This document shows positions 6,615 through 17,548 of a stretch of DNA of 64,000 nucleotides, in pieces. Below the pieces are notes generated by a model, which saw only the letters and a program-made list of their open reading frames with translations, made no database searches and was not told the DNA's origin. The position numbers and the translations under genes are program-made. The DNA comes from a virus, in the IMG/VR virus record IMGVR_UViG_3300045988_176431, positions 160,001 through 224,000 of that record. The stretch is one strand, 5' to 3'. The first letter of the stretch is position 1. Each line of letters begins with the position of its first letter.

Positions 6615-9038
6615 ATGGCAAATAAACCAGAAAAAAAACCGAATCGATCATTTAAAAAAACGATGAATAATCTTTCCTCTATGATCAACGATTTAAGTAG
6701 TTCTATTTATGGAACTACAAATGATGAATTAATTGATAGTATTGATAAAAACTTTCATGATATATTGAATAATGAAATGAAAGAATTAAAAGGTAGTTCA
6801 GAACGTTCCGGAGAGGATACTACATCTTTTATTGCTAAACTTTATACAAGTGATAAAAAGACAAGTCGTATGGCAGATATTTTTAATAACCAGATTTCAA
6901 ATATGTCATTTGGTTCTGATGATACCACGATTGGTACTTTTTTATCTGAAGTTTATAAAAACAAATTAATTCGTCAATGTGATATTTTTGATGTAGCTAA
7001 TCAATTGATTGAATTAAGGGAAGCCGTTAATACGATGCGTGATGCTATTACAACAGCAGATATTGTAGATGGTAGAATTAATCGTGAAATCAAGATTAAT
7101 GGTGTATCAGATAATGATAAAAAAACAATTACATCTGTAATTGAAAAAATTGAAAAGAAGTTTGAATTGCAGAAAAAGATTAAAGATTATATTGTGAAAA
7201 AATCCTTAATCTATGGTGAATATTATGTTTATGTAATTCCTTATTCTGTTATCTTTTCTGAATTTATGAAAAATAAGAATAAGTATAATGTATCACATAT
7301 GTATTCTTATGAATCCGCTGGTGATTATAAAAAATTAGAAGAAGCAGCAAAAAAAGGTTATACTGATTATATTAATCTAGGACACGATAAGGATGTAGAT
7401 ACCTTTATTGAAAGTTGTTACAATGATTATCGACCAGATATTCCAGATCTTGTTGTAACAGATGAAACTTTATCAAAATTAAATAAACAAAAGAATGAAC
7501 AAAATATGAAAGAAGAATTTAAGAAAGATATGAAAAATATCTTGTCAAGAATTACAGTTGTAAATTCAGATGTTCCTTTACCTATTTTAGAAGAAGGACT
7601 TGAATCAATTGAACACTTCCGAGAAAGTTTTGTTAATGAATCAGGAGATACTTTCGTAGAAAAGAAAGAAGATATTGAGAAACCTGATAATACATTCTTA
7701 CAATTTATGAAGAAAAAGAATTTCAAAAGTAGTACACCAAATGCTACATCACAAGCATCTGAGGGTATTACAATTGAAAATGATGATAAAGAATCAAAAT
7801 TATTTGAAGATGTAACAGATTGTTATGTTAAGATGATTGACCCTACAAGAGTTATTGAAATCAAAATTATGGGAGAAGTAATTGGATACTTCTATATCAA
7901 AACTGATAATATGACTCCTATTTCTGGAATCTTATCGTCTACTTTATATCAACAAAAGTTCAATCAGAAACGAAGTGAACAAGATATTGTAGGAGATATT
8001 GCAGCACGTATTATTGAGAAATTTGACCATAAATTCTTAAAAGATAATCCAAAATTTAAAAGTATTATTGTGGAAGCTCTTAATTATTATGATTTAAATG
8101 AACAAGCTGTAAAATTTCAGTTTATTCCAAAAGAATATATGGTTCCATTTAAAATCGATGTAGATGAAGATGGTGATGGAACTTCTATGTTGGATGGTTC
8201 ACTTTTCTATGCGAAATTATACTTAATGATTTTATTATTCAAAATTATGAGTATTATTTTAAATAGTAATGATACAAAGGTAAATTATATCAAACAATCA
8301 GGTCTTGATAAAAACCTGATTAATAAGGTACAAGAAATTTGTATTCAAAAACAAGCAAGAACAATAAATATTTATGACTTGTTTAATTATACCTCTCTCA
8401 TTAACAAGATAGGTAATGGTAGTGAACAATTTATTCCTGTTGGCAAATCTGGTGACAGACCTGTTGAAACTGAAATTTTATCTGGTCAAGATGTTCAGAT
8501 TAATAACGAGTTAATGGAACTTTTAAGAAATTCTTATATACTTGGCACAGGTGTTCCTGCGGCAATCATGAATTATTTAAATGAAGCAGATTTTGCAAAA
8601 TCAATCGAGGTTGCTAACACGAAAATGAATGGACGAACAGTCAATTATCAAATTGACTTGAATCCTAGTATCACTAAATTATATCAGTTATTGTTAAAAT
8701 ATTCAACAAATTTAGAAGATAATGTAATTGAAAAAATTACAGTAGGTTTAGTTCCACCAAAAGGTTCTCAAAATATAATTAAAGCAGAATCCATTGATAA
8801 TTTTACAAGAACAGCTGATTTCTTAGTAAATCTTTATTATGGTGAAACTTCAGATGACCCATTAGATGAAATTAAAATCCGCAAGTTTAAACAAAAATTA
8901 GCAAAGGATATGATACCATTGTTAGATTTTGAAGCAATTGAAAAGATGGTTCAAGAAGCATCAATAGATGCAACTGGTGAAAGTATAAAACCAAAAGATG
9001 AACCAACAGAAGATGATATTTTAAATGCTGAGATATAA
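6615..9038 (+). CDS. Putative portal protein
   Basis: 807 aa. The segment YIKQSGLDKNLINKVQE...IPVGKSGDRPVETEILSGQD...LGTGVPAAIMNY resembles the T4 gp20-type portal core pattern (YIDVG...LPRREGGRGTEIxTLPG), with an acidic C-terminus. From motif memory only. Confidence 0.5.
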   Translation: MANKPEKKPNRSFKKTMNNLSSMINDLSSSIYGTTNDELIDSIDKNFHDILNNEMKELKGSSERSGEDTTSFIAKLYTSDKKTSRMADIFNNQISNMSFGSDDTTIGTFLSEVYKNKLIRQCDIFDVANQLIELREAVNTMRDAITTADIVDGRINREIKINGVSDNDKKTITSVIEKIEKKFELQKKIKDYIVKKSLIYGEYYVYVIPYSVIFSEFMKNKNKYNVSHMYSYESAGDYKKLEEAAKKGYTDYINLGHDKDVDTFIESCYNDYRPDIPDLVVTDETLSKLNKQKNEQNMKEEFKKDMKNILSRITVVNSDVPLPILEEGLESIEHFRESFVNESGDTFVEKKEDIEKPDNTFLQFMKKKNFKSSTPNATSQASEGITIENDDKESKLFEDVTDCYVKMIDPTRVIEIKIMGEVIGYFYIKTDNMTPISGILSSTLYQQKFNQKRSEQDIVGDIAARIIEKFDHKFLKDNPKFKSIIVEALNYYDLNEQAVKFQFIPKEYMVPFKIDVDEDGDGTSMLDGSLFYAKLYLMILLFKIMSIILNSNDTKVNYIKQSGLDKNLINKVQEICIQKQARTINIYDLFNYTSLINKIGNGSEQFIPVGKSGDRPVETEILSGQDVQINNELMELLRNSYILGTGVPAAIMNYLNEADFAKSIEVANTKMNGRTVNYQIDLNPSITKLYQLLLKYSTNLEDNVIEKITVGLVPPKGSQNIIKAESIDNFTRTADFLVNLYYGETSDDPLDEIKIRKFKQKLAKDMIPLLDFEAIEKMVQEASIDATGESIKPKDEPTEDDILNAEI

Positions 9039-9049
9039 AGCAATAAAAA

Positions 9050-9081
9050 TTGACATGTCTAGAAATTTCTAGACATGTCAA
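9050..9081. terminator. Bidirectional terminator, perfect 32-nt palindrome
   Basis: TTGACATGTCTAGAAA|TTTCTAGACATGTCAA between the convergent portal and tube genes, with A/T runs on both sides. Confidence 0.8.
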
Positions 9082-9097
9082 TTTATTTTTTATTTCA

Positions 9098-10060
9098 TCA
9101 ATTACCAGTTGAGTTATTTTTATCATTACCAACGATAGTATACGATGGAGTGATTTTCTCACCATCAGAATTAAACTTATTTGATGATGTTGGCTTCTTT
9201 GTACCAGGCTGAACAAAGAAGTTACTACCTGCTTTTTCCTGACTAACAAGTTTACCAGATTTACTATCATACATAGTAGCATTATCCTCGAAACCTTTTA
9301 CAATATCCTTATCAAGTCCACTGTAGAATTCAAGAGAGTTAACCATAATCTGGTAATTCTTAAGAAGAATTTTAGCTTTTTCATTGATATCGATTGATTC
9401 ATATTTTGTACATGTGAAATCAATCTGAGTTTCAACAAAGTTATGCTCGCCAGACTGATAGTTAAACTGGTCATTTTTATATCCTTTCGGGAAGCAGTTT
9501 GCTAACAAGCAAGCATACTCTACTTTCATACCAGTTCTATCTGTTACAACATAAATAAACTCAGCTGTATGAGCAGCCTGACTATATTCCAGATTACCAG
9601 AAGCAATCAAACCACCATAATGAGTTAAACCTGATTGTAAGTCAGTTGTTGTATTAATCCAACTATGAAGTACTTCACGAATTGGAGAACCAGAAAATTC
9701 ATAACATGTAACCTGAAATGAGGTTGTTTCATCCTTAGCAACAGACGGAATTTCAAAACTTCTTCCAGCATAACCACCTGTAATCTGTTGGAAATCAACA
9801 GATACATCACCTAAACCTTGAACTTGGGTATTACCATACTCAAGAATATGTTTAAAGTTTTTAAATTTATCAGACAATAATTGTGTCATTGTCTGAGGGC
9901 TTCGTACCATGAATAAACGACCATAACCCGTGATTAATGGATCATATTGAGCTAATACTTCGTGTGTTACATTTAAACCACCAAGCATCAATGAATAATT
10001 TCTAAGTTTTTTATTATTCGCTTGATGAGCTCCGGTCTGAATTGTTTTCATTTCAGCCAT
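9098..10060 (-). CDS. Putative tail tube protein
   Basis: 320-aa ORF immediately downstream of the putative sheath gene on the same strand. Its size matches the tubes of large myoviruses. The call is positional. Confidence 0.4.
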   Translation of the reverse strand: MAEMKTIQTGAHQANNKKLRNYSLMLGGLNVTHEVLAQYDPLITGYGRLFMVRSPQTMTQLLSDKFKNFKHILEYGNTQVQGLGDVSVDFQQITGGYAGRSFEIPSVAKDETTSFQVTCYEFSGSPIREVLHSWINTTTDLQSGLTHYGGLIASGNLEYSQAAHTAEFIYVVTDRTGMKVEYACLLANCFPKGYKNDQFNYQSGEHNFVETQIDFTCTKYESIDINEKAKILLKNYQIMVNSLEFYSGLDKDIVKGFEDNATMYDSKSGKLVSQEKAGSNFFVQPGTKKPTSSNKFNSDGEKITPSYTIVGNDKNNSTGN

Positions 10061-10081
10061 ATAGTATCATCTCCTTTCATT

Positions 10082-12289
10082 TTATTGACCATTTGCATCA
10101 TCATATGTTGTTCTGTTTACATCAATTTCTACGATAGAAGTCTTAGACATAGGTCTAAACTGAACAGCAAGATACAAATGGGTAATTTGACGATTGAACT
10201 CAAATTCAGACTGTTCATACTGAACACTAAGAGAGTGTAACTGAGTACCAACCATATATTTATATTTTGCTTTGATATAATCTCTAAACTCAGATCTTTC
10301 TGTAGGAGATGTAAAGTTATATTGAGTTGCTCGAACATCATCCTCAATAAGTCTCTTAAGAATCATAAGAGTGATTACATTATTTTCCTCCGTTAAATCA
10401 GAATCTTCTGCGGAAGAAGTAGACTGAGTGGATCTTTCGAATACATTCTCACCTGTTGCTTCAAAGTAATTGAAACGACTATTGAAAAGAATTTCTTTTA
10501 ACTCATTTTCATGAGTATCAATCGATGGAAGAAGAGAATTCTTTACATGTCCAAATAATGTAGCATAAGAATTTACAAATGGTACATGATATCCGACTGT
10601 TCTAAAGTGAGTTGGAAGAGCAGAAGCAAGGAAATATGTGATTGTTACTGGAACTCTCTTTCCTGTTGACTCTTCTTTAATACGATAATAATGAAGATTG
10701 AAACTGATAAGATAATTTGCAAATACATCGAAATCATTTTCCAAACTATCAATTACAGAGAAATCACTCTCCAATGTAGTAATATCTGCTTCACTAATTG
10801 TATCCAGTAAATTTGTATCCAGATACAATAAAGCATCATTACGATATAATGCTAAACGAGCAAGTGCCATTTTTACAGGCATATTGAAGTTTGCATCAAA
10901 CAAGGATTCAGAAGGAATTCTACGTGGAGATAAAATAAGTTTATCATATTTACCACCAAATGCATTAATATAACATTTATCAATAGCATTCTGAACTGGA
11001 AGATTTCCTTTTGTTATAGAAGCATTTCCAAGTTTTGTTGTAATTTCTTCAACATTAATATCTTGAGTTTTATCTCTATTACCAGATTTATCATAATACT
11101 CACCATTCTTATTATAGTAAGCACCATTACCAGAAGCAACAAGATAAATCTCTTCACCTGTTCTAAATACACCATCAGAACCATTCTCAAGACTATTACC
11201 TACTACATTTCCAGGAACTACTACATTCTTTGTAGAAGTCCATTCTGCAGCAACATATCCTTCATCTCCTTCATTAACTTCAGCAGTCTTTTCTTTTACA
11301 TAGAAGATGAATGGTAAAGTCTTTGTAACACGTTCACGAGATTTTGCAACTGCTTTTCCATAGAATGGGTCGAAGCAATCCATATCAGGAATCTCATCAA
11401 CATAAACTTTATCATCAATTTCATAGGAAGGATCTTTTTCAAGAACATCATTCCAGAATTTTACATATGCTTCATAAAGTGTTTCCATGTTTTCTTCAAA
11501 TACATGAATATCCATAGGAACATTTTTTTCTTCAGAATCTTCAATAACATCGTTAATGAATGCAGCACCTTGTACTTTTGTAGACGTTACAATACCACCT
11601 GCATAGTTGGCAGCAACTTCTGTTCCATTCTCAACGTCAAGACACTGATAAGAATAAATCTTAATACCATAACCTTTTTCATAGTCAGTATTGAGATTAA
11701 TTCTCCAACGATAATTATTTCCATATACACCACGACCTGCAGCAATAAATACCATAGCAGGAATCTGAGTATATCCTTCTGCATCAACATACACACCGTT
11801 TACAGCTACTCCATCAAGTTCAGAAGCACGAGCAATAAGGTCTGTTTTAATCTCATTGAAATTTGTGATTTTATCATTTCTTTTAAGAGATTTCTGTGTA
11901 AATTTAATATAGAATTTTTTGTTTTCCACATCTGCTTTATACCAAACAGATAATACGGAATTTGCATAATAGGCATCATCTGGCATAATACGCATTGCAT
12001 TTAATGTAGTATTTGCTTGTTTTAATATAGCATCTGCCATCATAAATGGTTGACCGTACTTTTTATAGTTTGGTTTACCAAAGATTTTATATAATTCCGT
12101 TGTTCCATTTACCGGAACAATTTTGTTATCAATACCTTTACCTGCAGTAAATACACACAAGTATGGATAGGTATTATCAACAGTGGAGCTGTCGGCATCA
12201 CTTGTATTGTCCCGTACTGTGTTATTGTTAATCACAGTTTCAATATACGGAAAAGAATACTTCGGCACAATTTGTTGTGTACTAGGCAT
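10082..12289 (-). CDS. Putative tail sheath protein
   Basis: 735 aa, strong RBS AAGGAGG. Size, composition and position next to a tube-sized gene fit a sheath. No diagnostic motif was recognised. Confidence 0.45.
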   Translation of the reverse strand: MPSTQQIVPKYSFPYIETVINNNTVRDNTSDADSSTVDNTYPYLCVFTAGKGIDNKIVPVNGTTELYKIFGKPNYKKYGQPFMMADAILKQANTTLNAMRIMPDDAYYANSVLSVWYKADVENKKFYIKFTQKSLKRNDKITNFNEIKTDLIARASELDGVAVNGVYVDAEGYTQIPAMVFIAAGRGVYGNNYRWRINLNTDYEKGYGIKIYSYQCLDVENGTEVAANYAGGIVTSTKVQGAAFINDVIEDSEEKNVPMDIHVFEENMETLYEAYVKFWNDVLEKDPSYEIDDKVYVDEIPDMDCFDPFYGKAVAKSRERVTKTLPFIFYVKEKTAEVNEGDEGYVAAEWTSTKNVVVPGNVVGNSLENGSDGVFRTGEEIYLVASGNGAYYNKNGEYYDKSGNRDKTQDINVEEITTKLGNASITKGNLPVQNAIDKCYINAFGGKYDKLILSPRRIPSESLFDANFNMPVKMALARLALYRNDALLYLDTNLLDTISEADITTLESDFSVIDSLENDFDVFANYLISFNLHYYRIKEESTGKRVPVTITYFLASALPTHFRTVGYHVPFVNSYATLFGHVKNSLLPSIDTHENELKEILFNSRFNYFEATGENVFERSTQSTSSAEDSDLTEENNVITLMILKRLIEDDVRATQYNFTSPTERSEFRDYIKAKYKYMVGTQLHSLSVQYEQSEFEFNRQITHLYLAVQFRPMSKTSIVEIDVNRTTYDDANGQ

Positions 12290-12463
12290 AACATTACCTC
12301 CTTAAAAAATTATTCTTAATATATTTGTTTTTTAATTTAAATTAGTAAGAGTATAATAAAATTGATGTAAATATTTAAATATTTGTTTTCTTATTACGTT
12401 ATTAAAGGGACTAATAATTATATATTATTTCTTTGTAATTACTATAGAAAGGACGTGATTTTT

Positions 12464-12910
12464 ATGGAAAAAGATTGTATAGATGCAATACTTAAATATC
12501 TTGAATCAACTGATTGGAAACGTGTGGGTGAAATACCTAGATTTACTCTTGGGCATAGAGTATGTAATGATCCTGAAAATCCTTACATGATACCACGTAT
12601 GATTTTAGGTAATGTTGATAAAGCATTATTTGATATCACTGATAATATTTACATCATCGGTTCTTTATCACAACAAGACAAAATTGAAAAAATAGGGAAA
12701 TGTTTAATGAATAACATTTATGGAAGTGTCAGATATGTGAAAAAAGAATCTGATTTATCATTTAATGAATGTATTTCCCAATGTTTCGATAACGTTGAAT
12801 GGACTGATGTTGTTATTGTCGTAAAAAAAGAAGATGGAACAATAGGTGATGGTGTTTGTTATGAAATGGAATATGCAAGAAGATTAAATAAAGAAATACT
12901 TGTAATATAA
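12464..12910 (+). CDS. Nucleoside 2-deoxyribosyltransferase-like fold protein
   Basis: Track ORF 12383..12910, with the ATG at 12464. NIYIIGSLSQQDK and DVVIVV...DGTIGDGVCYEMEYARRLNKEILVI resemble the NDT-like pattern (vYiAGp... D.Gt.fElGyA...KPv). Confidence 0.4.
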   Translation: MEKDCIDAILKYLESTDWKRVGEIPRFTLGHRVCNDPENPYMIPRMILGNVDKALFDITDNIYIIGSLSQQDKIEKIGKCLMNNIYGSVRYVKKESDLSFNECISQCFDNVEWTDVVIVVKKEDGTIGDGVCYEMEYARRLNKEILVI

Positions 12911-12926
12911 AAAAGGAGTGTGTAAT

Positions 12927-13349
12927 ATGAAAAAATTATTAATGACAAAGGAAAAATACGAGGAACTAAAATCAATTGTAGAGTCTAAGGTAAAGACATA
13001 CAATTCTTATTTATCTGGTAATTATGAACCGAATAAAGTTAAAAATCTCATTCGATTTTCTTATGCAATGGAATTTAGAGACAATCCATCAGAAAAGGAA
13101 GTTCGTTGTATATTAAATGAGATTTGTGCAATTTACGATGTTCCAATGATTTTATTCATGAATAATTCCATTGTTACATTTTCTGATGATGAAATCTATA
13201 TCACAACAAAACCATTAGAAAACTTTAAAAAGAATTCTTGTGTTGTGATTAAGCAATGTGATAAGGAATCATTAAGGGATGATCCAGTTCATCTTCTTTC
13301 GGAAGGAATTAGTGTTCGAAAGTTAAGAAAAATGATGAAGAAAATGTAA
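12927..13349 (+). CDS. Hypothetical protein
   Basis: Track ORF 12918..13349; the ATG at 12927 is preceded by AAGGAG. Confidence 0.6.
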   Translation: MKKLLMTKEKYEELKSIVESKVKTYNSYLSGNYEPNKVKNLIRFSYAMEFRDNPSEKEVRCILNEICAIYDVPMILFMNNSIVTFSDDEIYITTKPLENFKKNSCVVIKQCDKESLRDDPVHLLSEGISVRKLRKMMKKM

Positions 13350-13356
13350 AAAAGAT

Positions 13357-13394
13357 AAAAGACTAGAAGGAATAAAAATCCTTCTAGTCTTTTA
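13357..13394. terminator. Bidirectional terminator hairpin
   Basis: AAAAGACTAGAAGG...CCTTCTAGTCTTTT between convergent genes. Confidence 0.75.
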
Positions 13395-13395
13395 T

Positions 13396-16300
13396 TTATA
13401 ATTTAAATAACTTTTCTACTGGGCTATCTGATTCTGTTTTTTTCTCTCTTTCACGATTTACGGATGCTGTAATCATGGAATCCATATCTTCAAAAGTAAT
13501 TGCTGAGAATGTAGAAGCATATTGACATACTTGTCGAATACTTGCCATACTATAATCATATTCAGATACTTGACTATTTGGTTTACCAATGATTTTAGCA
13601 AACTTATAAGAAGTATCTTTCTTATAACGATAAGAAACAGAAAGTATCACTTCTTCAATAATAGATGGAACACCAAAATCTACATCACTAAGCTCTTGAT
13701 TTTCTTTCCATACTTGTAATGTCTTTGAATATGGAATTGAAGTTGGAACTTTACCAAATGTAATAAATCGTAAATAAGTCTGAGCATTTTCAGAATCTAC
13801 AATAAGAGAGCGATTACATACTTTATTTCCTTTAAAGAATTTAATCACTCGACAAGGGATTTCTCCTTCACCAGGAATATCAATAACCCTTGATTCTACA
13901 TTAGGTGCCTGAATATCAATCCATAATGGAATATTCATCGTATCAATGTATTGAAGTTTTCCATTTGTAAAAATACCCACATTTACAATACCAAAAGATG
14001 AGATATAACTTCCCATACTTTCTGCAAATTTGTAATTTTTATCAAAATAGAAGAATGGAATATAAATTTCACAATAAGCATCCTTTAAAATAATATCAGT
14101 TGCTGTTGCATCAAAAATTCCTTGCTTCTTATTTAATAAAAGAATTTCATCTGGGTTTAATTGATTTGTTTTAATTACATTATTATGGAATTTCTTCATA
14201 TTTAAGTTTGTAAGGGTTGTTGCCACTTTAGAGGCATCCAAACCAATAAACTTATTATTGTATCGTCCTGTACATTTTGAACAGAGTCTATCTCCTGTAC
14301 AAAACATTGGGCTATATACATGAATTTTCTTTCCAATATAATTCTTGATATTATTTTCATCTAATAAATAAGGTTTACCATTCACTTTAATATTACGATT
14401 GATAAAATCTGATTTATTTGATTCTGTTAATGTAACTTCTAATGTCTTATCAGTACCACAATCAGTTCCATCATCATCGATGATTTCTGTTTGCATTCCA
14501 GCAATTAACTGTTTTGCTAAATAACCAGAATCTGCTGTACCAACTGCTTTTGGATAAGCACCTGTGACAACTGAGTTTGCAAAAGCAGGAATATCAGACT
14601 TTTCAATTCCATCCATAAGGGAGGAACGTACAATATCATATTTTTTTGTAAGTGGATTGTAAATTGCACCTTTCATCAAAATGATATTTTTTAAGTTATT
14701 TCCGATACTACCTCTAGCACCAGAATAATATAAATCAAGTCCAGGGTCTCCTTCTAATACTTCCTCTGTCTTTTTAATTAATTCTTTTTCAACCTTTTCT
14801 GCGGTAACGACATCACCAGCATCAAGTTCTTTCTTATATTTTTTTAATAATTGGTCTTTTAATGTTTTTACTTCCTTTGGAATCTCAATCGTTGGAGCAG
14901 TAAAGGATGTAGTAATCACTGCATGAAGTTGTAATCCCAACCAGTCCCTTGAATCGATATAACTAGCCATTTGTTCAGCAGTTATTGTATCTGAAGTAAG
15001 TAAAATAGCTAAGATTTTTTCTAATTCAGAAAGACCTTTTGCATTTATCTTATGATTAACAAATCCAACTTTTTCTTCTAATTGGTTATCTTCTAAAATA
15101 ATCTTGTTAAAGATAATTCGTCCAACTGTTGTTCGAATTGCTTGTTTATTCTTATGATATTTCATTGGTCGAATAACAGCAATATCAGTTGGATGGTATG
15201 GTGGAACAATCGTTGTATTACCCTCTTTCTTTCTACCAAATAATTCAACTAAATAATCAAATGTAATATCTGATGATTTCATAGAAAGAAGTTCTTCTAC
15301 AAATTGTTGTGAAACGGTCTTTGAATCTTTTAATGGATCTTTTGTTAAAGCATATAATGTCTGAATTGCTTCATTACCAACAACACGGATATTCTTTCCA
15401 GTAGGAGTAATGAAATAAGATTTACTATTGATAACTCTTTCAATTTCAGCATTTGCTTCTTGTGTCCACAAGATTTTAGCAGTAATCTGGTCACCATCAT
15501 AATCACCACCAATTCCTTTTAAGTAAGCATTTGAGAATTGGATGGATTCTTTAAAGTATATAGCGATATTCTGTTTCGGAATTGACATATCAATATTTGG
15601 ATAAAACTTATAAATAGTATTATTAACTTTCACTGGAATTGTCGTAAGAGTTGACGTAACTCTTACTCTTCCTAAAAATACACCATAAGAATCCGTAACT
15701 GGATAACGAGTAATTAAAGCATGTTTATCCTTTGTAACATCATATGCCGCCATATATAATAAATCAGTAACTGTAAAAGGTCTGTCACTAATTGTACTAT
15801 ATTCTTTTTCATTATTGTAATCTACGATTTTACCAGAAAATCTTGCTTTACCAAATTTACCACCCTCTAAAGGAATTAAAATAGGATTAAATCTAGATTC
15901 TGGATTACGAATATATTGATCCATCATCTTTTTGATGTAATCATCTGTATAATATAATTCTGGTTTATAAATATTAATTCCTTCATAACTTCCAGCAATT
16001 AACATCGAGTTTTGCTGTTGAATAATGTTATTCTCAAAAAAGTCTTTAATCCATTTCATCATGAATGGATAACAAAGAGAACACACCTGAGAAATTGGTA
16101 TACCAATATGTCTGAAATCAATTTCCATATCTTTTGCTTTTTCTGCATGAAAGTTTGGTGTTGAAATAACAGAACGAACACAATAATCTACATTCTTACC
16201 CATTAAGAATCTTCTTATCATACCATTCTTATTTGCTAATTTTGTTTTAAAGAAATCATATACATCAACAAGCAAACTTTGAATATTATAATAGGTGCTA

Positions 16301-16890
16301 TGAAGAGTAAAATCAAACATATCACGTTCTTTTAATAAAGATGCTAAACGAATAATTTTAGAATACATATTATTGATTGGCTCTGTCTCTCCACCACCTG
16401 CTTGGTCTGCTTTAATGTCACGATAAAAAGCAGGTATTACAATTTCATATTCTGTAAAAATTTCAGTTTTTTTCGATTTCGTTAATAAATCAATTCTTTC
16501 ATTTCTCATTCCAGAAGAAGCGATTGTTTTTTCCCATTTAATTTTCTCCCAATCATCATAAATACTTTCTAGTCCTGTTTTACCATTATCATCTTGAATA
16601 ATATGACCATCTTTATCAAGTGAATAATAGAAATCACCATTAATAATTTTTTCAATATTACGATATAATCGTTTCAGAACTTTATAAGCATGAGGAGCAA
16701 AAAAATGTCCATTTAATTTAATATAAGCAAATGTACTTTTTCTACTTCGTACATCTACACCGAATATTTCATTTGATATTAAACCATCTGGGTCTGGTAC
16801 ATTTCCTCTCTGGAAAAGTATTGGACTCTTAATTTCTTTTAAATGGTTTAAATCAATAAACTCTTTCACATCGAAAAGTTCTATTTTCAT
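13396..16890 (-). CDS. Multisubunit-type RNA polymerase beta-prime-like subunit
   Basis: MGKNVDYCVRSVIS corresponds to bacterial GKRVDYSGRSVI. GGDYDGDQITAKI corresponds to the NADFDGDQM catalytic loop. GAYPKAVGTADSGYLAKQL corresponds to the bridge helix (GARKGLADTALKTAxSGYLTRRL). Track ORF 13396..16902; the ATG at 16890 has the better RBS. Confidence 0.8.
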   Translation of the reverse strand: MKIELFDVKEFIDLNHLKEIKSPILFQRGNVPDPDGLISNEIFGVDVRSRKSTFAYIKLNGHFFAPHAYKVLKRLYRNIEKIINGDFYYSLDKDGHIIQDDNGKTGLESIYDDWEKIKWEKTIASSGMRNERIDLLTKSKKTEIFTEYEIVIPAFYRDIKADQAGGGETEPINNMYSKIIRLASLLKERDMFDFTLHSTYYNIQSLLVDVYDFFKTKLANKNGMIRRFLMGKNVDYCVRSVISTPNFHAEKAKDMEIDFRHIGIPISQVCSLCYPFMMKWIKDFFENNIIQQQNSMLIAGSYEGINIYKPELYYTDDYIKKMMDQYIRNPESRFNPILIPLEGGKFGKARFSGKIVDYNNEKEYSTISDRPFTVTDLLYMAAYDVTKDKHALITRYPVTDSYGVFLGRVRVTSTLTTIPVKVNNTIYKFYPNIDMSIPKQNIAIYFKESIQFSNAYLKGIGGDYDGDQITAKILWTQEANAEIERVINSKSYFITPTGKNIRVVGNEAIQTLYALTKDPLKDSKTVSQQFVEELLSMKSSDITFDYLVELFGRKKEGNTTIVPPYHPTDIAVIRPMKYHKNKQAIRTTVGRIIFNKIILEDNQLEEKVGFVNHKINAKGLSELEKILAILLTSDTITAEQMASYIDSRDWLGLQLHAVITTSFTAPTIEIPKEVKTLKDQLLKKYKKELDAGDVVTAEKVEKELIKKTEEVLEGDPGLDLYYSGARGSIGNNLKNIILMKGAIYNPLTKKYDIVRSSLMDGIEKSDIPAFANSVVTGAYPKAVGTADSGYLAKQLIAGMQTEIIDDDGTDCGTDKTLEVTLTESNKSDFINRNIKVNGKPYLLDENNIKNYIGKKIHVYSPMFCTGDRLCSKCTGRYNNKFIGLDASKVATTLTNLNMKKFHNNVIKTNQLNPDEILLLNKKQGIFDATATDIILKDAYCEIYIPFFYFDKNYKFAESMGSYISSFGIVNVGIFTNGKLQYIDTMNIPLWIDIQAPNVESRVIDIPGEGEIPCRVIKFFKGNKVCNRSLIVDSENAQTYLRFITFGKVPTSIPYSKTLQVWKENQELSDVDFGVPSIIEEVILSVSYRYKKDTSYKFAKIIGKPNSQVSEYDYSMASIRQVCQYASTFSAITFEDMDSMITASVNREREKKTESDSPVEKLFKL

Positions 16891-16937
16891 TTTTATTCTC
16901 ACCTACTTTCCTTAAGTTAATGTTTTTTAGGGATAAA

Positions 16938-16978
16938 ATTAGTAGGTGTAAGAATAAAAAATCTTACACCTACTAATT
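16938..16978 (-). terminator. Terminator hairpin between 16982..17311 and the RNAP gene
   Basis: AATTAGTAGGTGTAAGA...TCTTACACCTACTAATT, a 17-bp stem. Confidence 0.7.
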
Positions 16979-16981
16979 TAT

Positions 16982-17311
16982 TTAAAACATCTTGCTTTCA
17001 TCATAAATGATAACAAGTTTCATCTTTTTATTTTTCTTATTTTTTCGAGTCTCTACTTTATAACCTGAGGCGATCATTTCTTCCTTAATTTCCTCTTTAA
17101 TTTCAGAATCTGTATTTTTTAAAGTAAGTTCAATATCCAGAGTATTTTCATCTGCGAAATTATACTTTAAAGAAACGATATTATCACTGAAATCTTTTAC
17201 AAGAGAAAAGAAATTCATAAATTTACGATATTTTTTACATATCACCTCTTCTAAAATAGAAAGCTCTTTCCCTGATAAGGATTTCATATATTCAGACAAA
17301 CTGGCTTTCAT
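16982..17311 (-). CDS. Hypothetical protein
   Basis: RBS GAGGTGA, 109 aa. Confidence 0.6.
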   Translation of the reverse strand: MKASLSEYMKSLSGKELSILEEVICKKYRKFMNFFSLVKDFSDNIVSLKYNFADENTLDIELTLKNTDSEIKEEIKEEMIASGYKVETRKNKKNKKMKLVIIYDESKMF

Positions 17312-17360
17312 TCTTTCACCTCATTTTATATTATTAAGTTCGGGGTTAAAATAATATAAA

Positions 17361-17540
17361 TTAAGGAAGTAAAATGGAATTTCGAGCATCTTCTCTTTCT
17401 TGATTTGCTCTCGCTTCATCAAGCATTTTTTCTTCTTCCATTAATCTTTCTTGCCTTGAGTTAATTAATTCTTGCATTTGCTTATATGGTAATTTCCATA
17501 AAATATCATCAATTGTTAATTCACCTTTAAATAGTGCCAA
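17361..17540 (-). CDS. Possible 59-aa ORF with a TTG start (below the track cut-off)
   Basis: Hand translation: (L)ALFKGELTIDDILWKLPYKQMQELINSRQERLMEEEKMLDEARANQEREDARNSILLP*. GAGG lies 3-4 nt upstream of the TTG. The frame is open for 85 codons up to 17618. Confidence 0.35.
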   Translation of the reverse strand: MALFKGELTIDDILWKLPYKQMQELINSRQERLMEEEKMLDEARANQEREDARNSILLP

Positions 17541-17548
17541 CGCCTCAT

